From assembly GCA_023255625.1 (NCBI GenBank), contig JAHFLF010000001.1:290965-354964 (forward strand): DNA of 64,000 bases. Reading direction: 5' to 3'. The position numbers and the translations under genes are program-made. Positions 47,135-57,634 of this stretch are shown here, in pieces. The DNA comes from Candidatus Harrisonbacteria bacterium (lineage in GTDB: Bacteria > Patescibacteriota > Minisyncoccia > UBA6257 > 1-14-0-10-44-23). Each line of letters opens with the position of its first letter. Positions within the stretch are counted from its first letter, which is position 1. The notes below the pieces were generated by a model. The model saw nothing but the letters and a program-made list of their open reading frames with translations. It ran no database searches and had not been told where the DNA came from.

Positions 47135-48202
47135 TTATCTTGCTCGCAAGACAGATTCACAAATAGCGCTGTCGGTTTTGAAGAGGGCGCAGGTGGCGGT
47201 CAGTTCATCGTTGCTAATTCCGGAAAGCGTAGCGTAGCCAAGCACGCCTTCATAAAATGCCCGTTTTTGTTCTGTTGGCAATCCGTCGACATACATTTCG
47301 GAACTTTCCAAATGTTGGCCCTTGAATTTACTCATCATGGTAATGCCGAGCCCCTTGAGACAAAATTGGGCGTCGGAATTACTAAGACCACTGCGCGCGC
47401 AGGTCTGCACCGCGCCCGGATAATCTTTGACATGTGTGCGGAGGTACCCGAACGGGGCATACAGAAAACAGGTGGGCTTCTCGTCGTCTTTGGCGGCGAT
47501 GCACGGGGCGAGCGGCTTTTGGATATCCCAACCAAACGAGCTGGCTGGCGCCTGGGCATTGCCCCAAAATAACTCCATCCAGACGCCCTCAAAACAGCGG
47601 TACATGTCTTTTGAGTGCTGAATATTCCGGCAGTCAGTGAGCGCGGCCTCTGCGTGGCGATCGTCGCTAAACATAAGCGCGTGGCCGATACCGTGATAGC
47701 AGCTTTCGCGATGAGCATCCGGCACCTGGGCGCAGAGAATATCCGGCGCGGCTTTAAATTTTGGCTCGTGTAACGCCAACTCTTCAACAATGCCGTGCAT
47801 ATACCCACCGGCGCAGATGTACTCCACCAAGGTGTGTTTGAGGTGCTCGGGATTATTAAAAGTCATGGCATCTAAAAACCCGTACAGCTCGTATGCTTTG
47901 TGGCCGATGTCATGCCCGACATCATGGCAGTTAAGGGCAAGTGCCTTGTCAGCCCCTATCACATCAACGACTTTAAAAATAGAATTTGGGTCGTGCGGGT
48001 CTAACATGGCAATCAATTTATCGCGCACCGCCTGCTGCGCCGGCAGGGTTTTGGAGATGTCGGGTAGCGGCTTCGCTGGAATGACTGACTCATCATTTTT
48101 TGGAACCTGCGCCACCGGTTTGGTTTGCAAAAATAACGCCGTTCCAAAGATTGTAAGCGCCGCTCCAACAAAAATTAGGCAGACAGATGGCTTTAATTTC
48201 AT
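47135..48202 (-). CDS. secreted Cys/His-rich protein (355 aa) with signal peptide
   Basis: Signal-peptide-like N-terminus. Many Cys and His residues. Confidence 0.5.
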   Translation of the reverse strand: MKLKPSVCLIFVGAALTIFGTALFLQTKPVAQVPKNDESVIPAKPLPDISKTLPAQQAVRDKLIAMLDPHDPNSIFKVVDVIGADKALALNCHDVGHDIGHKAYELYGFLDAMTFNNPEHLKHTLVEYICAGGYMHGIVEELALHEPKFKAAPDILCAQVPDAHRESCYHGIGHALMFSDDRHAEAALTDCRNIQHSKDMYRCFEGVWMELFWGNAQAPASSFGWDIQKPLAPCIAAKDDEKPTCFLYAPFGYLRTHVKDYPGAVQTCARSGLSNSDAQFCLKGLGITMMSKFKGQHLESSEMYVDGLPTEQKRAFYEGVLGYATLSGISNDELTATCALFKTDSAICESVLRAR

Positions 48203-48301
48203 ACCCGTGAGTGTATATTCTTTTCGTCAAAAACAAAACCGCTCGTCCACAACCTTGGTAGATCGGGACGAGCGGGTACTGCTTCGTTCATGGGGCGGGA
48301 A

Positions 48302-49669
48302 CTACCGTTCAAAAGACGCGTGCCGATTGATGAACTGTGCAATCTTACGGCCGAGCCACCATCTCGGCACGGGCACGAGCGGACTCGTACGGCAGAGTCG
48401 GAACGGGGTCAGGAGCAAGACAATAAGAAGATAGGCGATGTTCGCGCGCCACCGTTGCGGCCAGAGCGGGTGCGTCTCTTTGCAGGCGAGCATTGTATAG
48501 TCGAGCCGTATGAGCAACTTGGGATTCTTGCGAAACTCCTCAACCTGGGGATTGTCGTCTGGCCACTCACCGCTCGGCGTGTATGCCCTGGCGCAATAGG
48601 GACGTATGACCACGCCTCGCAGAGCGTGGCGAAACACGAAACGAAGCGTCAGGAAAACATCGCGAAACATATCGGCTGGGAAACCGACAACGGTGAGCAT
48701 CTCCGGCTCAATACCCGCCTCCTGCATCAGTCGCAGAAACTCCTCCGCTTCAGACAGCGTGTTGTGCCCCTTGTTCACACGACGGAACGCCGCCTCACTC
48801 CCACCGTCAGCCCCGAACCCGACAGTCTCAAGTCCGTACGACCGAAGTCGCGTTGCTAGCTCGAGATCTTTCCTGCACTCACGAACCGTCCACTTGGAGG
48901 TGGCAAGACCGCGCAGGTGCAAGACGATGCCGTGTCGCCTCGCGATTCGACTCACAGCAGCAAGACACAGTTCAAGCTTGTCAACGCTCTGAAAGACATC
49001 AAGGTTGGTCAGGTAGGCCGTGAAGGTAGAGTGACCAATAGAGACGAGGGACGAACAGATGTACTCCACCTCCTCCTCGAGCGCACGCAAGCTTCGGTAC
49101 TGCTCCGGCCGATTCTTCGCGGCCGCACAAAAGCTGCAATTGAACATGCAGCCGTTCGCTAGAAAGAGCGCGAACTCGCTAGTGAGATATAGGCGGCGCT
49201 GCGCCTCCGTCAGTTGCATGAGCATCCGCACCGACGAGGTGTCGAAGGCGGAACGCAGACTGCCCGGTGCAAGATCGAGGGCCTGCTCGCATGCCTGATC
49301 CGTCGTCACGGGAACAACCTGACCAAGCCGACTGAACCAGTTCGTGAAATCAGCGGGGCAATGCAGGTTGTTGATGCCCTCGCCTCCCACAAGCACAAGC
49401 TGCTGATACCCCATGAAGCGCACTCTCGCAATGTCGCGCATAACATCAGGGATGTAAGGCGTGCCAATCACGCTCCAACCAACGAAGTTAGAGCGGTCAA
49501 GCTCTGATCGAACTTCTGGCGACTCAAGGTCGGTGTGGTTCAGGTCAAAAAACGAAACCTCAATACCGGCCTCAAGCAACCGACTCCCGAGATTCATAAG
49601 ACCTCCCGGGAGATACGTCTTAACCCGACCGTGCGGGTAGCGCGGCTCAAATAGGGTAATACGACGCAT
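48302..49669 (-). CDS. radical SAM domain protein
   Basis: CMFNCSFCAAAKN (CxxxCxxC). N-terminal region could be a B12-binding-like domain. GC-rich. Confidence 0.6.
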   Translation of the reverse strand: MRRITLFEPRYPHGRVKTYLPGGLMNLGSRLLEAGIEVSFFDLNHTDLESPEVRSELDRSNFVGWSVIGTPYIPDVMRDIARVRFMGYQQLVLVGGEGINNLHCPADFTNWFSRLGQVVPVTTDQACEQALDLAPGSLRSAFDTSSVRMLMQLTEAQRRLYLTSEFALFLANGCMFNCSFCAAAKNRPEQYRSLRALEEEVEYICSSLVSIGHSTFTAYLTNLDVFQSVDKLELCLAAVSRIARRHGIVLHLRGLATSKWTVRECRKDLELATRLRSYGLETVGFGADGGSEAAFRRVNKGHNTLSEAEEFLRLMQEAGIEPEMLTVVGFPADMFRDVFLTLRFVFRHALRGVVIRPYCARAYTPSGEWPDDNPQVEEFRKNPKLLIRLDYTMLACKETHPLWPQRWRANIAYLLIVLLLTPFRLCRTSPLVPVPRWWLGRKIAQFINRHASFER

Positions 49670-49864
49670 GGCGCTCTCCTTTTGGGTGGACTTACATTTT
49701 CAGTTGTACTACGGGAACTTCCCGTAACCTAGGTTTTCGTAGAATACGCGATAGATTGGTTATTGTCAATGCCTTATGGCGTAAATAACCCTTATTTAAT
49801 AAGGGTTAATAGGATTTCGTTAAAGCCACTTGACACAATATTTGCTATGCGCTAGAATGAATTT

Positions 49865-50617
49865 ATGAAAAAAATAACTAAAACCATAGCCGGATTATCG
49901 GCTCGCCAGACAGAGGTTTATTGTGTTTTATTAAAACTAGGAAAGGGGACTGTTGCCGAGGTCATGCGCGAGGCAAAGATGAACCGCACAACCGGTTACA
50001 GTGTTTTAGATTCACTGGTTGGCAAAGGGCTCGTGACGATTTCAGGGAAGGAGCCAAAGCAGGAATATGTCGCTGAATCACCAGACAATTTACTCAAGTA
50101 TCTGAATCATGAGGCAGAGGAGGCGCAGGCGCGAGCCAAAGAAGTTGAAAATCTAATTCCAGAATTAAAATCTATCCACAATGTTGCCGGCCGGCCAAAG
50201 GTGATGTTTTATGAGGGCGAGGAGGGGCTGGAGCGCGTTTATGAAGACACGCTGACCTCGCATGAGCCAATTCGGGCGTATGCCAATTTTGAGGATGCAA
50301 CAAAAACACTGCCTCACTACTTTCCGGAGTATTTCCGACGCCGTGCAGAGAAAAGAATTTCAATCCGCGGCATCGTGCCCGACAACCTTGCGGGCCGCCA
50401 AAATGCAGAGCGCAACCGGGAAGAATTGCGCGAAATGGCACTTGTGCCGACAAATAAATATTATTTCTCTCCAGAAATCAACATCTACGACGACAAAATC
50501 ATGATCGCTTCATGGAAGGAAAAACTTGGTATCATTATCCAAAGCAAAGAAATCGCTGATGCGATGAAATCTATCTTTGAGCTCGCCTGGGCAGAAGCTA
50601 AGCGTCTATCTCGCTAA
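49865..50617 (+). CDS. TrmB-family transcriptional regulator (paralog 4)
   Basis: wHTH (QTEVYCVLLKLGKGTVAEVMREAKMNRTTGYSVLDSL) and TrmB C-domain. Confidence 0.6.
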   Translation: MKKITKTIAGLSARQTEVYCVLLKLGKGTVAEVMREAKMNRTTGYSVLDSLVGKGLVTISGKEPKQEYVAESPDNLLKYLNHEAEEAQARAKEVENLIPELKSIHNVAGRPKVMFYEGEEGLERVYEDTLTSHEPIRAYANFEDATKTLPHYFPEYFRRRAEKRISIRGIVPDNLAGRQNAERNREELREMALVPTNKYYFSPEINIYDDKIMIASWKEKLGIIIQSKEIADAMKSIFELAWAEAKRLSR

Positions 50618-50628
50618 AACTTTGCCCC

Positions 50629-50835
50629 GCGTTGCGAAGCCCGTTTTGCCGTATGCTAGGCGCGAGGAAAAGACAATATGCCCAAAGCATAGGCTTTTCT
50701 GAACAACAACGCAGACGGGCAAACGGGCTTCAACCCGAAGGGCTCTGGCCAATTTCCGTCATACCATTGTCGGCTCGTCCTCGAAGTACGTAAACGTACT
50801 CCTTGCGGCGAGCCTTCGCGGTCTGACAGAAATTG
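50629..50835 (+). ncRNA. candidate structured noncoding element, copy B
   Basis: See 22196-22410. The hairpin GAAGTACG-TAAA-CGTACTCC covaries with copy A. Confidence 0.4.
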
Positions 50836-50902
50836 ACCTAGAGCTCGGGAAAAAGATTTTAGCGAGATAGACGCTGAACGGATTGATGTAAGAAATAAAA
50901 GA

Positions 50903-50940
50903 GTTGGGCGAGATGCTTCGGCTTCAGCATGACAGAGGGG
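50903..50940. repeat. GGGCGAGAT-hairpin repeat, copy 3, with compensatory stem (ATGCT/AGCAT in place of ATCCC/GGGAT)
   Basis: GTTGGGCGAGATGCTTCGGCTTCAGCATGACAGAGGGG. Confidence 0.7.
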
Positions 50941-51049
50941 TCCCGATCTGCTACAATATCTACATAAAATGTATCGCATACGGCGATGCTTTTTTATTAG
51001 CTTTCTCGCCTCTCACTACTCCCTACAACCTACGCCCTAATCCTTATCT

Positions 51050-51676
51050 ATGTCTGGCATTGAATATTTTATCCATAGCAACATAGCCCTGGTTTACATA
51101 ATCATCTTCTTCGGTGTGATTATTGAGGGTGAGGGGATAGTGCTCTTCTCCAGCGTCTTTGCCTGGCAGGGACTTCTGAACTGGCCGCTCCTAACCCTGG
51201 TTATCATAACCGGGACGATCTCTGGCGACTTACTCTGGTACGGGGCAGGAAGATATCTGAAAGGAACAAAATTTGGCTGCTGGCTGGACAAAAGGTATGA
51301 AAAATATGGGGGCGCCCTTTTGGGCGACAAGGTGATGGCCCGCTACCACTGGTATGCGATTCTGAACAAATTCATGTACTTTACGACCAAACCGACTATT
51401 TTCCTGGTCGGCTGGCATGACTTCAATTTTAAAAAATTCCTAAAAATCACCAGCTACTCAACGGTAATCTGGACTCTGACTATGCTGCTTTTAGGTTCAA
51501 TTTTCGGCTACACAATCCATCTGATCGGTTTTAAAAAAATCGTCCACCGCGTTGAAATCTTCGCGGTCTTACTCTTTGTGGGCATCTTTATATTAGAATG
51601 GGGGATTAAAAAACTGGTCACAAAGCGCGTTCTGCGTATCGGCCCGACTAGCCCAATAAACCAACCAGAAAAATAG
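51050..51676 (+). CDS. DedA/TVP38-family membrane protein
   Basis: The VIIEGEGIVLFSSVFAWQG...GDLLWYGAGRYL pattern is typical of DedA. Confidence 0.6.
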   Translation: MSGIEYFIHSNIALVYIIIFFGVIIEGEGIVLFSSVFAWQGLLNWPLLTLVIITGTISGDLLWYGAGRYLKGTKFGCWLDKRYEKYGGALLGDKVMARYHWYAILNKFMYFTTKPTIFLVGWHDFNFKKFLKITSYSTVIWTLTMLLLGSIFGYTIHLIGFKKIVHRVEIFAVLLFVGIFILEWGIKKLVTKRVLRIGPTSPINQPEK

Positions 51677-51766
51677 CGCCGGGAATCAAAATACCGTTTG
51701 CTGCAGGGCGCCGTAAAGTTCCCTAGGCGCATCGCAGCAAACGATATTTTGATTGTAAAACCAAAC

Positions 51767-52846
51767 CTATTTTTCTTTCTCCAAATCCTCTTCGCTCGTA
51801 TCCTGCCCGCCGCCCGCGTCCGGCGTGACGAGGGCATTTTTAATCATCTCTTTTGTCTTCTTTTCAACTTCCTTAAGCAACTTTTTGTCTTCTTTGAGCT
51901 TGTTCATCGTGTTCTCAATACCGGTTGCCAGCTTCTGCCCTTCAAATGTATATGTTGCGCCGGCGCGGGTGATAACCCCGTACTTTACGGCGGTCATTAT
52001 CACATCGTTCTCATAGCTGATACCGGTGCCGTACATGACATCAAATTCAGCAATCTTAAACGGCGGAGCAACTTTGTTTTTGACAACTTTTGCCTTCACC
52101 CGATTGCCAACAATGTCGTCACCCTTTTTGATTTGCGCTAATCGGCGAATATCAAGACGCACGGAGCAGGCAAACTTAAGCGCATTACCACCCGGCGTCG
52201 TCTCCGGATTACCAAACATCACGCCAATCTTCATACGAATCTGGTTGATGAAGATAACCAGCACATTGTACTTAGCCGTAATCGCCGTGAGTTTGCGCAG
52301 CGCCTGACTCATCATGCGGGCCTGGAGACCCATAAACTGCTGGCCCATCTCGCCCTCAATTTCGGCCCGCGGTGTCAGAGCGGCAACCGAGTCAACAACA
52401 ACAATGTCCACCATACCTGAACGGACAAGGCTCTCTAAAATATTAAGCGCGTCCTCACCATTATCTGGCTGGCTGATAAGCAAATCTTTAATCTTCACAC
52501 CAAGCCGCTGGGCATACTCCGGGTCAAGCGCGTGTTCAGCATCAATAAACGCGGCGCGACCACCTGTCTTCTGCGCCTGCGCAACAACATTCAGTGCCAG
52601 CGTTGTCTTGCCCGAGCTCTCCGGCCCGTAAATCTCAACAATACGGCCCTTTGGTAACCCGCCCACGCCAAGCGCGGCATCAAGAGAAAATGAACCGGTT
52701 GAGATAACCTCAACATTCACATTGCTCGCCTCACCCATGGTCATGACCGAGCCCTCGCCAAACTTACCCTGCAAATCCTCAACCAGCGCGTGAATATCTT
52801 TATATTCCGGCCGAACCTTCTCCTCCTTGTCGCCTTTTTTAGCCAT
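51767..52846 (-). CDS. recA: recombinase RecA
   Basis: [24 protein letters not shown] Walker A and the conserved RecA core. Confidence 0.9.
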   Translation of the reverse strand: MAKKGDKEEKVRPEYKDIHALVEDLQGKFGEGSVMTMGEASNVNVEVISTGSFSLDAALGVGGLPKGRIVEIYGPESSGKTTLALNVVAQAQKTGGRAAFIDAEHALDPEYAQRLGVKIKDLLISQPDNGEDALNILESLVRSGMVDIVVVDSVAALTPRAEIEGEMGQQFMGLQARMMSQALRKLTAITAKYNVLVIFINQIRMKIGVMFGNPETTPGGNALKFACSVRLDIRRLAQIKKGDDIVGNRVKAKVVKNKVAPPFKIAEFDVMYGTGISYENDVIMTAVKYGVITRAGATYTFEGQKLATGIENTMNKLKEDKKLLKEVEKKTKEMIKNALVTPDAGGGQDTSEEDLEKEK

Positions 52847-52908
52847 ATTTTTAAATAAAATTTATTACTTTAAGTGTACTACATTTGTCGAAAGTTCACA
52901 CCCGGAAT

Positions 52909-53601
52909 CTATTGCACCGTAGTTGTGGCGGATGGAGCACCCAATAAGTTGGCCGTTGTCGAACTCTGATCAAAATACACCTGCCTAGTTTCTTTAATCT
53001 CCCGGCCCAGGAACCGTTTACTTGAAAATTCAATTATATTAATTTCCGGCAAAAGTTGATACTCCTTAAGAAAGGAGCCATCGGTTGCCACAGGAACATG
53101 CTGACCATTAACTAGCAGAGCATCGCCCGGATCGGTGCGCCCGGAGAGCAGAATTGTTGAGGAGGAAACAATAAACGGAGTTGGTTCGGCCGGCGGGACA
53201 ATAATCGTTAGATGCGGCTGGCCCAAAAAACCAGTTCGGCTGACAAAAAATCCAAACACAATCAGGACTAAAATACCGCCGCCGACTAAATACTCGCGCC
53301 GATGTGAGGGAAGCGAAAATCGGTTGCCCGGTAACCTGTCTCCAGCGCCAGAATGCATTGCGGCAAATTCTTCGCGATACTTTTCTGTCAATAAATCCGG
53401 AGAAATACTTAAACTCTCGGCAATTTTGACAAGATGGGGCCGGATATATGGAAATGCCGGCAACCGATCGGTTTCCCCGGAAATTAGCTGCTCAATGTAA
53501 TTTTCCGGCGTGCCAGTTTTCCGAGACAGCTCGACTGGGGTGATACCCTTGGCCTCGCATTGGTCAACAATTATATCGCGTAATTTACGGGGGTCGGTCA
53601 T
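52909..53601 (-). CDS. HTH (XRE-like) domain plus single-TM protein, RodZ-like architecture
   Basis: N-terminal HTH, central hydrophobic helix, extracellular C-terminus. Confidence 0.45.
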   Translation of the reverse strand: MTDPRKLRDIIVDQCEAKGITPVELSRKTGTPENYIEQLISGETDRLPAFPYIRPHLVKIAESLSISPDLLTEKYREEFAAMHSGAGDRLPGNRFSLPSHRREYLVGGGILVLIVFGFFVSRTGFLGQPHLTIIVPPAEPTPFIVSSSTILLSGRTDPGDALLVNGQHVPVATDGSFLKEYQLLPEINIIEFSSKRFLGREIKETRQVYFDQSSTTANLLGAPSATTTVQ

Positions 53602-53712
53602 GGGTAACTAATAACTTAAAACTTATGCCTGATGACTTATAACTTATACCAAAAAATCAGAATGCACAACTTTTCTGGCTTCGTTATGAGTTATTAGTTT
53701 GAAGTTATGAGT

Positions 53713-55065
53713 TTAATTAGCCGTAATCGCCGCGATGTCATCCTCAAACTTATTCATTCGTGCAAGAGTGGCGCTGCCGTAAGTCGAAAGAAAGCTATTT
53801 TTGTACCAGTTACCACCGGCATAATAACGGGCAGCGGCGCATTTTATTTGACCGCCACCAGAGCCATATATAGGCCCAGTGCAAGCGTTCATAGCATCTT
53901 TCAGATAAAGCGCTGTCCCAACGAAAGCATCGCTATTGACCCATGGCGAAGGCGGGTTGTGCCCGGTGATTGCACTGATTCTGTCCCGGAAAAGCATCCA
54001 AGTTGTCGGAATAAATTGTGCCGCCCCCATCGCCCCGCCAAAAGCGCCGTCTACTTTAATCGCGCAGGAGACAAGCGTCTTCTCCGGATCAAGACCGAGC
54101 TCGGCGGTAATTTTCAAAAACGGAGTAATATCGTCGCGCTTACCTGTGCGCGGAATTCCGGGCGACATCGCCGTCTTGTAGCTGCATTTACCAACATTTC
54201 TGCCAAGCCCGGACTCGCGGTCGAGAACTGCCAATAGAAAAGCGGCTGAGACACCGGTGGCTTTTTCGGCAGTTTTTGCCAAATCATAGGCCTCCTCAAA
54301 AGTCATCTCGCCACCGCCGAGTAATTCGAAAATGCGGCTGCGGATTTTGGCCGCCTCGGCGCGTTTCTGGGCGGCCAGTTTTTGGAACTCGCTCTCTTTG
54401 CCCTTGGTCTGCACGAGCAAATTATCTTTTTCTTGCTTAGTTGAAACCGCATTCTGCCGCTGCCTATCTTGAAGTTCCTTGAGGGCTAAAGTTTCGGATT
54501 TTTTGGCGACTAAATCCTCTTGTGCATCTAACAATTCATCTTTCAAATTATTAACCTCCTGGATTGTTTCGGTAAGCGTGTCTTGGATAGCCAGCAAATT
54601 ATTAATATCGGCAAAAAAATTGGTCAGATTTGGATTATTCAATAAAATCGTAATTAAGCTGACCTGCTCCTGTTCATTCATTGCCTGCAAAGCATCCATC
54701 ATGGCCAGCCGGCTGCGATCCAGCTTCTGCTGCATGGCCGTAACCTGTTGCTGATTGGTCACGATTTCACTGCTTAACCGGGTTAAAGAAAGGGTTACAG
54801 CTTTAATCTGCAAATTAATCTTATCTATTTTCGCGTTCAAGCTGGAAATTTCGCCCTTGAGTGAGGTGCCTTGCTTACGATACTGTTCGATAAGTGCTTC
54901 ATTTTGCGCAATCTGATTTTCCAAATCCAGAAGATCTGATTCAAGCTGCGCCCGCTCTTCCGGCGATATCTGCGCGTGAATCGGCGAATACGAAAAAAAT
55001 CCGGCGACTATTGCCGTGAGGACAACGAAAGTTACTAAACGGTTAGGAAAAAATCCTGCTTTCAT
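53713..55065 (-). CDS. secreted coiled-coil protein with C-terminal lytic transglycosylase (MltB-like) domain
   Basis: Signal peptide and long coiled coil. The C-terminal GAMGAAQFIPTTW resembles the MltB-family motif. Confidence 0.55.
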   Translation of the reverse strand: MKAGFFPNRLVTFVVLTAIVAGFFSYSPIHAQISPEERAQLESDLLDLENQIAQNEALIEQYRKQGTSLKGEISSLNAKIDKINLQIKAVTLSLTRLSSEIVTNQQQVTAMQQKLDRSRLAMMDALQAMNEQEQVSLITILLNNPNLTNFFADINNLLAIQDTLTETIQEVNNLKDELLDAQEDLVAKKSETLALKELQDRQRQNAVSTKQEKDNLLVQTKGKESEFQKLAAQKRAEAAKIRSRIFELLGGGEMTFEEAYDLAKTAEKATGVSAAFLLAVLDRESGLGRNVGKCSYKTAMSPGIPRTGKRDDITPFLKITAELGLDPEKTLVSCAIKVDGAFGGAMGAAQFIPTTWMLFRDRISAITGHNPPSPWVNSDAFVGTALYLKDAMNACTGPIYGSGGGQIKCAAARYYAGGNWYKNSFLSTYGSATLARMNKFEDDIAAITAN

Positions 55066-55152
55066 ATATAGAGCTGTTTATAGTATAACAAGAATGCCCC
55101 GATTGCGGGGCATTCTTGTAAAACATGAGAGAAGTTAATCTCTATTTCTCTA

Positions 55153-55881
55153 TTACTTTTTGGCCGGAGCTTCAGACCCTGGCTTACCGGCTGCCGGCTT
55201 AACTGCAGCCGCGGGAGTGCCATCTGCCGAAACTTCAGTTGTTGCAGCTTGCTCCTTCTTTTCCTCTCCTTCAGTCTTGATTTCGCTAACATCTGCGCCT
55301 TTGGCCGCGAGTGCCTGCTCCTGCTCTTCGGTCATACGAGCAGTAATTGTAGCAACAACAAACTCTGGCTTAACCAGCACGCGCACCCCGCTCGGAACTT
55401 GCAAATCGCTGACATGCAAAGAAGTTCCGACATCAATAAGTGCCTTCAAATCAACCTCAATGGTGTGCGGGATATCTGCCGGCAATCCTTCTACCTCTAA
55501 TTCTGAAAGCGAACGCACCAGCACGCCGCCTTTTTCTTTAACACCGGCCGGCTCACCGATGAAGGAAAGGGGAACCTTAATACGCATCTTCTCATCCATA
55601 CGCACCCGATAAAAATCAACTGCAACAATCACATCAGTAATCGGATTGTACATCACATCATGAATAAAAACCGGATGCTTCTTGCCGCCAACATTCAAAT
55701 CAACAATCGAGGTCTCACCGGCATGGCGAAGCACTTTGCGGAGATCTTTCATCGAGACCGCAACATGTTCGTTTTTAATGCCGTGGCCATAAAGTTCCGC
55801 CGGGACCATGCCGTCCTTGCGAAGTCCTTTTACTGCTCTACCAAGCTGTGTGCGCGGCTGCGCACTTAATTCCATCGCCAT
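55153..55881 (-). CDS. rplY: 50S ribosomal protein L25 (Ctc form)
   Basis: The TQLGRAVKGLRKDGMVPAELYGHG pattern is typical of L25/Ctc. ATG at 55881 immediately after the ATTAGCGATTACTC motif. Confidence 0.75.
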   Translation of the reverse strand: MAMELSAQPRTQLGRAVKGLRKDGMVPAELYGHGIKNEHVAVSMKDLRKVLRHAGETSIVDLNVGGKKHPVFIHDVMYNPITDVIVAVDFYRVRMDEKMRIKVPLSFIGEPAGVKEKGGVLVRSLSELEVEGLPADIPHTIEVDLKALIDVGTSLHVSDLQVPSGVRVLVKPEFVVATITARMTEEQEQALAAKGADVSEIKTEGEEKKEQAATTEVSADGTPAAAVKPAAGKPGSEAPAKK

Positions 55882-55886
55882 AGATG

Positions 55887-55900
55887 AGTAATCGCTAATA
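55887..55900 (-). promoter_or_regulatory. ATTAGCGATTACTC motif upstream of rplY
   Basis: Identical 14-mer to those at ftsH and thyA. Confidence 0.45.
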
Positions 55901-55988
55901 ATGCGAATTAAAAAATAATAGTGCGAATAGGGCGCGAGCCCATTCAATAGAGTTGAATACTACACAAAATCAAGAAAAATGGCAAATT

Positions 55989-56798
55989 CTAAGGTTGCCG
56001 CACCTTACGCCAGGACTCCAAAATCTTTTCGTGCAGTGATGTGCCGTTACTCATCAGAAAGACAGTATTCGTATCGTCTTGCTCCGGATTCCCATTAATA
56101 TCAGTAATTTTCGCGCCGGCCTCGCGACCAATAATCTTGCTCGCAACGACATCGTACGCTTCATTGCCATCATTAATGATTGCCTCAAGCTTGCCGCAGG
56201 CAACAAGACACGCGTCAGCAGCGCCAGACCAATTACTCAAGACTCGTTTAAGATGGAGATTGTCATACAGTGCCGAAGTGACTATGCCGGCCTGCTGCGC
56301 ATAATTTCCATAGCCCGCCGTAAAAGAAAGAGCGGCATGCGTCGCATCACTTTCATTATTCACACGAATCGGTGCACCATTTAAGAATGCCCCCTTGCCA
56401 TCTTCTGCGTAGTAAGCCGCATCAATCATCGGATGATAAATAAGCCCGGCGATTGCATGCTTCCCGCGCAACAATGTTATCAAAATCGTAAAATTCGGAA
56501 TTCCGGAAACAAAATTATTAGTACCATCTAATGGATCAACAACGATTGTATATTCAGAACCATTAAGCGTCTCACCACGCTCTTCAGAAAGAATATCAAA
56601 CTCCGGATAGGCCTTTTCCAGAATTGCCAGAATTGCAGTTTCCGACTCCACATCAGCTTTTGTCCGAAAATCAGCTGCACTCGTTTTTGCAATTGTCTCT
56701 AAATTTTTGCCGAAATACTCACGTACGATTTTTCCGCCCGCTTTGGCGGCTTCCAAAAATACGGGAATATATTGCATCTGCGGATTAATTTTCATCAA
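55989..56798 (-). CDS. inositol monophosphatase family protein (SuhB-like)
   Basis: VVDPLDGTNNF and WIIDPIDGT-like motifs of the IMPase fold. Confidence 0.65.
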   Translation of the reverse strand: MMKINPQMQYIPVFLEAAKAGGKIVREYFGKNLETIAKTSAADFRTKADVESETAILAILEKAYPEFDILSEERGETLNGSEYTIVVDPLDGTNNFVSGIPNFTILITLLRGKHAIAGLIYHPMIDAAYYAEDGKGAFLNGAPIRVNNESDATHAALSFTAGYGNYAQQAGIVTSALYDNLHLKRVLSNWSGAADACLVACGKLEAIINDGNEAYDVVASKIIGREAGAKITDINGNPEQDDTNTVFLMSNGTSLHEKILESWRKVRQP

Positions 56799-57525
56799 AC
56801 AAAATTGCTAAATCGCGGCTTAGCCGTACGAGCATTAAACGATAATCTGTATCAGCACGATAATCAAAAATAGCCAGGGCCGTTGGATCGGCAAAGTCAG
56901 GCGCACCAGCAAAAAGTACAATTACTTTTTTTGTGGCTAATTCACTTTGCAGTGGTTTCAGCGAAATATTCACCTTCGTAAGAGCAGGAATGAGTTCGGC
57001 GGGCGGGCTGTCTACATAATAAAGGTCAAGCGGGAAAGGAAATTTGCCACCGCCCTGTTTGCCAGCATCGCGTTTCTTTTTATACTCCTCCTGCGCATTT
57101 TCAAGCAAAAAAAACTTTGTTACACCAACGGTTTTTGCGGCCTCCCAGCACGACATACAGGCCCAATAATGACCGGCAAGATACAGCTCGCCGCCTGTCG
57201 CATCTAAACCCTTTTCTTTTATTTCTCTGGCGGCGTTCGGTTCGGCATGATTACTAAAATGGCAGTGATCTGGGCAAAATTCATAATCAGTACCACTTTT
57301 GCTTCCCATCGCGATGCGTGGGCAAAAAGTTTCGTGCGCCGATCCATTGTGCGTGGCCGCAAGCACTTTTCCGTTTTTTACGACAACTGCAGCGGTTGGA
57401 TTACTTACCTCCGGGTGCTCCTGCCGCATCTGCTCACAGATTGCGAGTGCCTGCGCCATAAACGGATTACTCGCAGGAACAGTTGCCTGGGTGCCCCACG
57501 AGGGAATAATTTCATCAAGAATCAT
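56785..57525 (-). CDS. CMP/dCMP deaminase zinc-binding family protein with C-terminal extension
   Basis: HAEPNA...ACMSC zinc-binding motifs (HAE and CxxC). Confidence 0.55.
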   Translation of the reverse strand: MILDEIIPSWGTQATVPASNPFMAQALAICEQMRQEHPEVSNPTAAVVVKNGKVLAATHNGSAHETFCPRIAMGSKSGTDYEFCPDHCHFSNHAEPNAAREIKEKGLDATGGELYLAGHYWACMSCWEAAKTVGVTKFFLLENAQEEYKKKRDAGKQGGGKFPFPLDLYYVDSPPAELIPALTKVNISLKPLQSELATKKVIVLFAGAPDFADPTALAIFDYRADTDYRLMLVRLSRDLAILFDEN

Positions 57526-57634
57526 AAATTTTCAATTTCTAAGTTTCAATTTTCAAACAATGATTTAATTTCGGAATTTCTAAATTGAGAATTGTTTAGA
57601 AATTAGAAATTGAGAATTAGAAATTATTTTGCCG

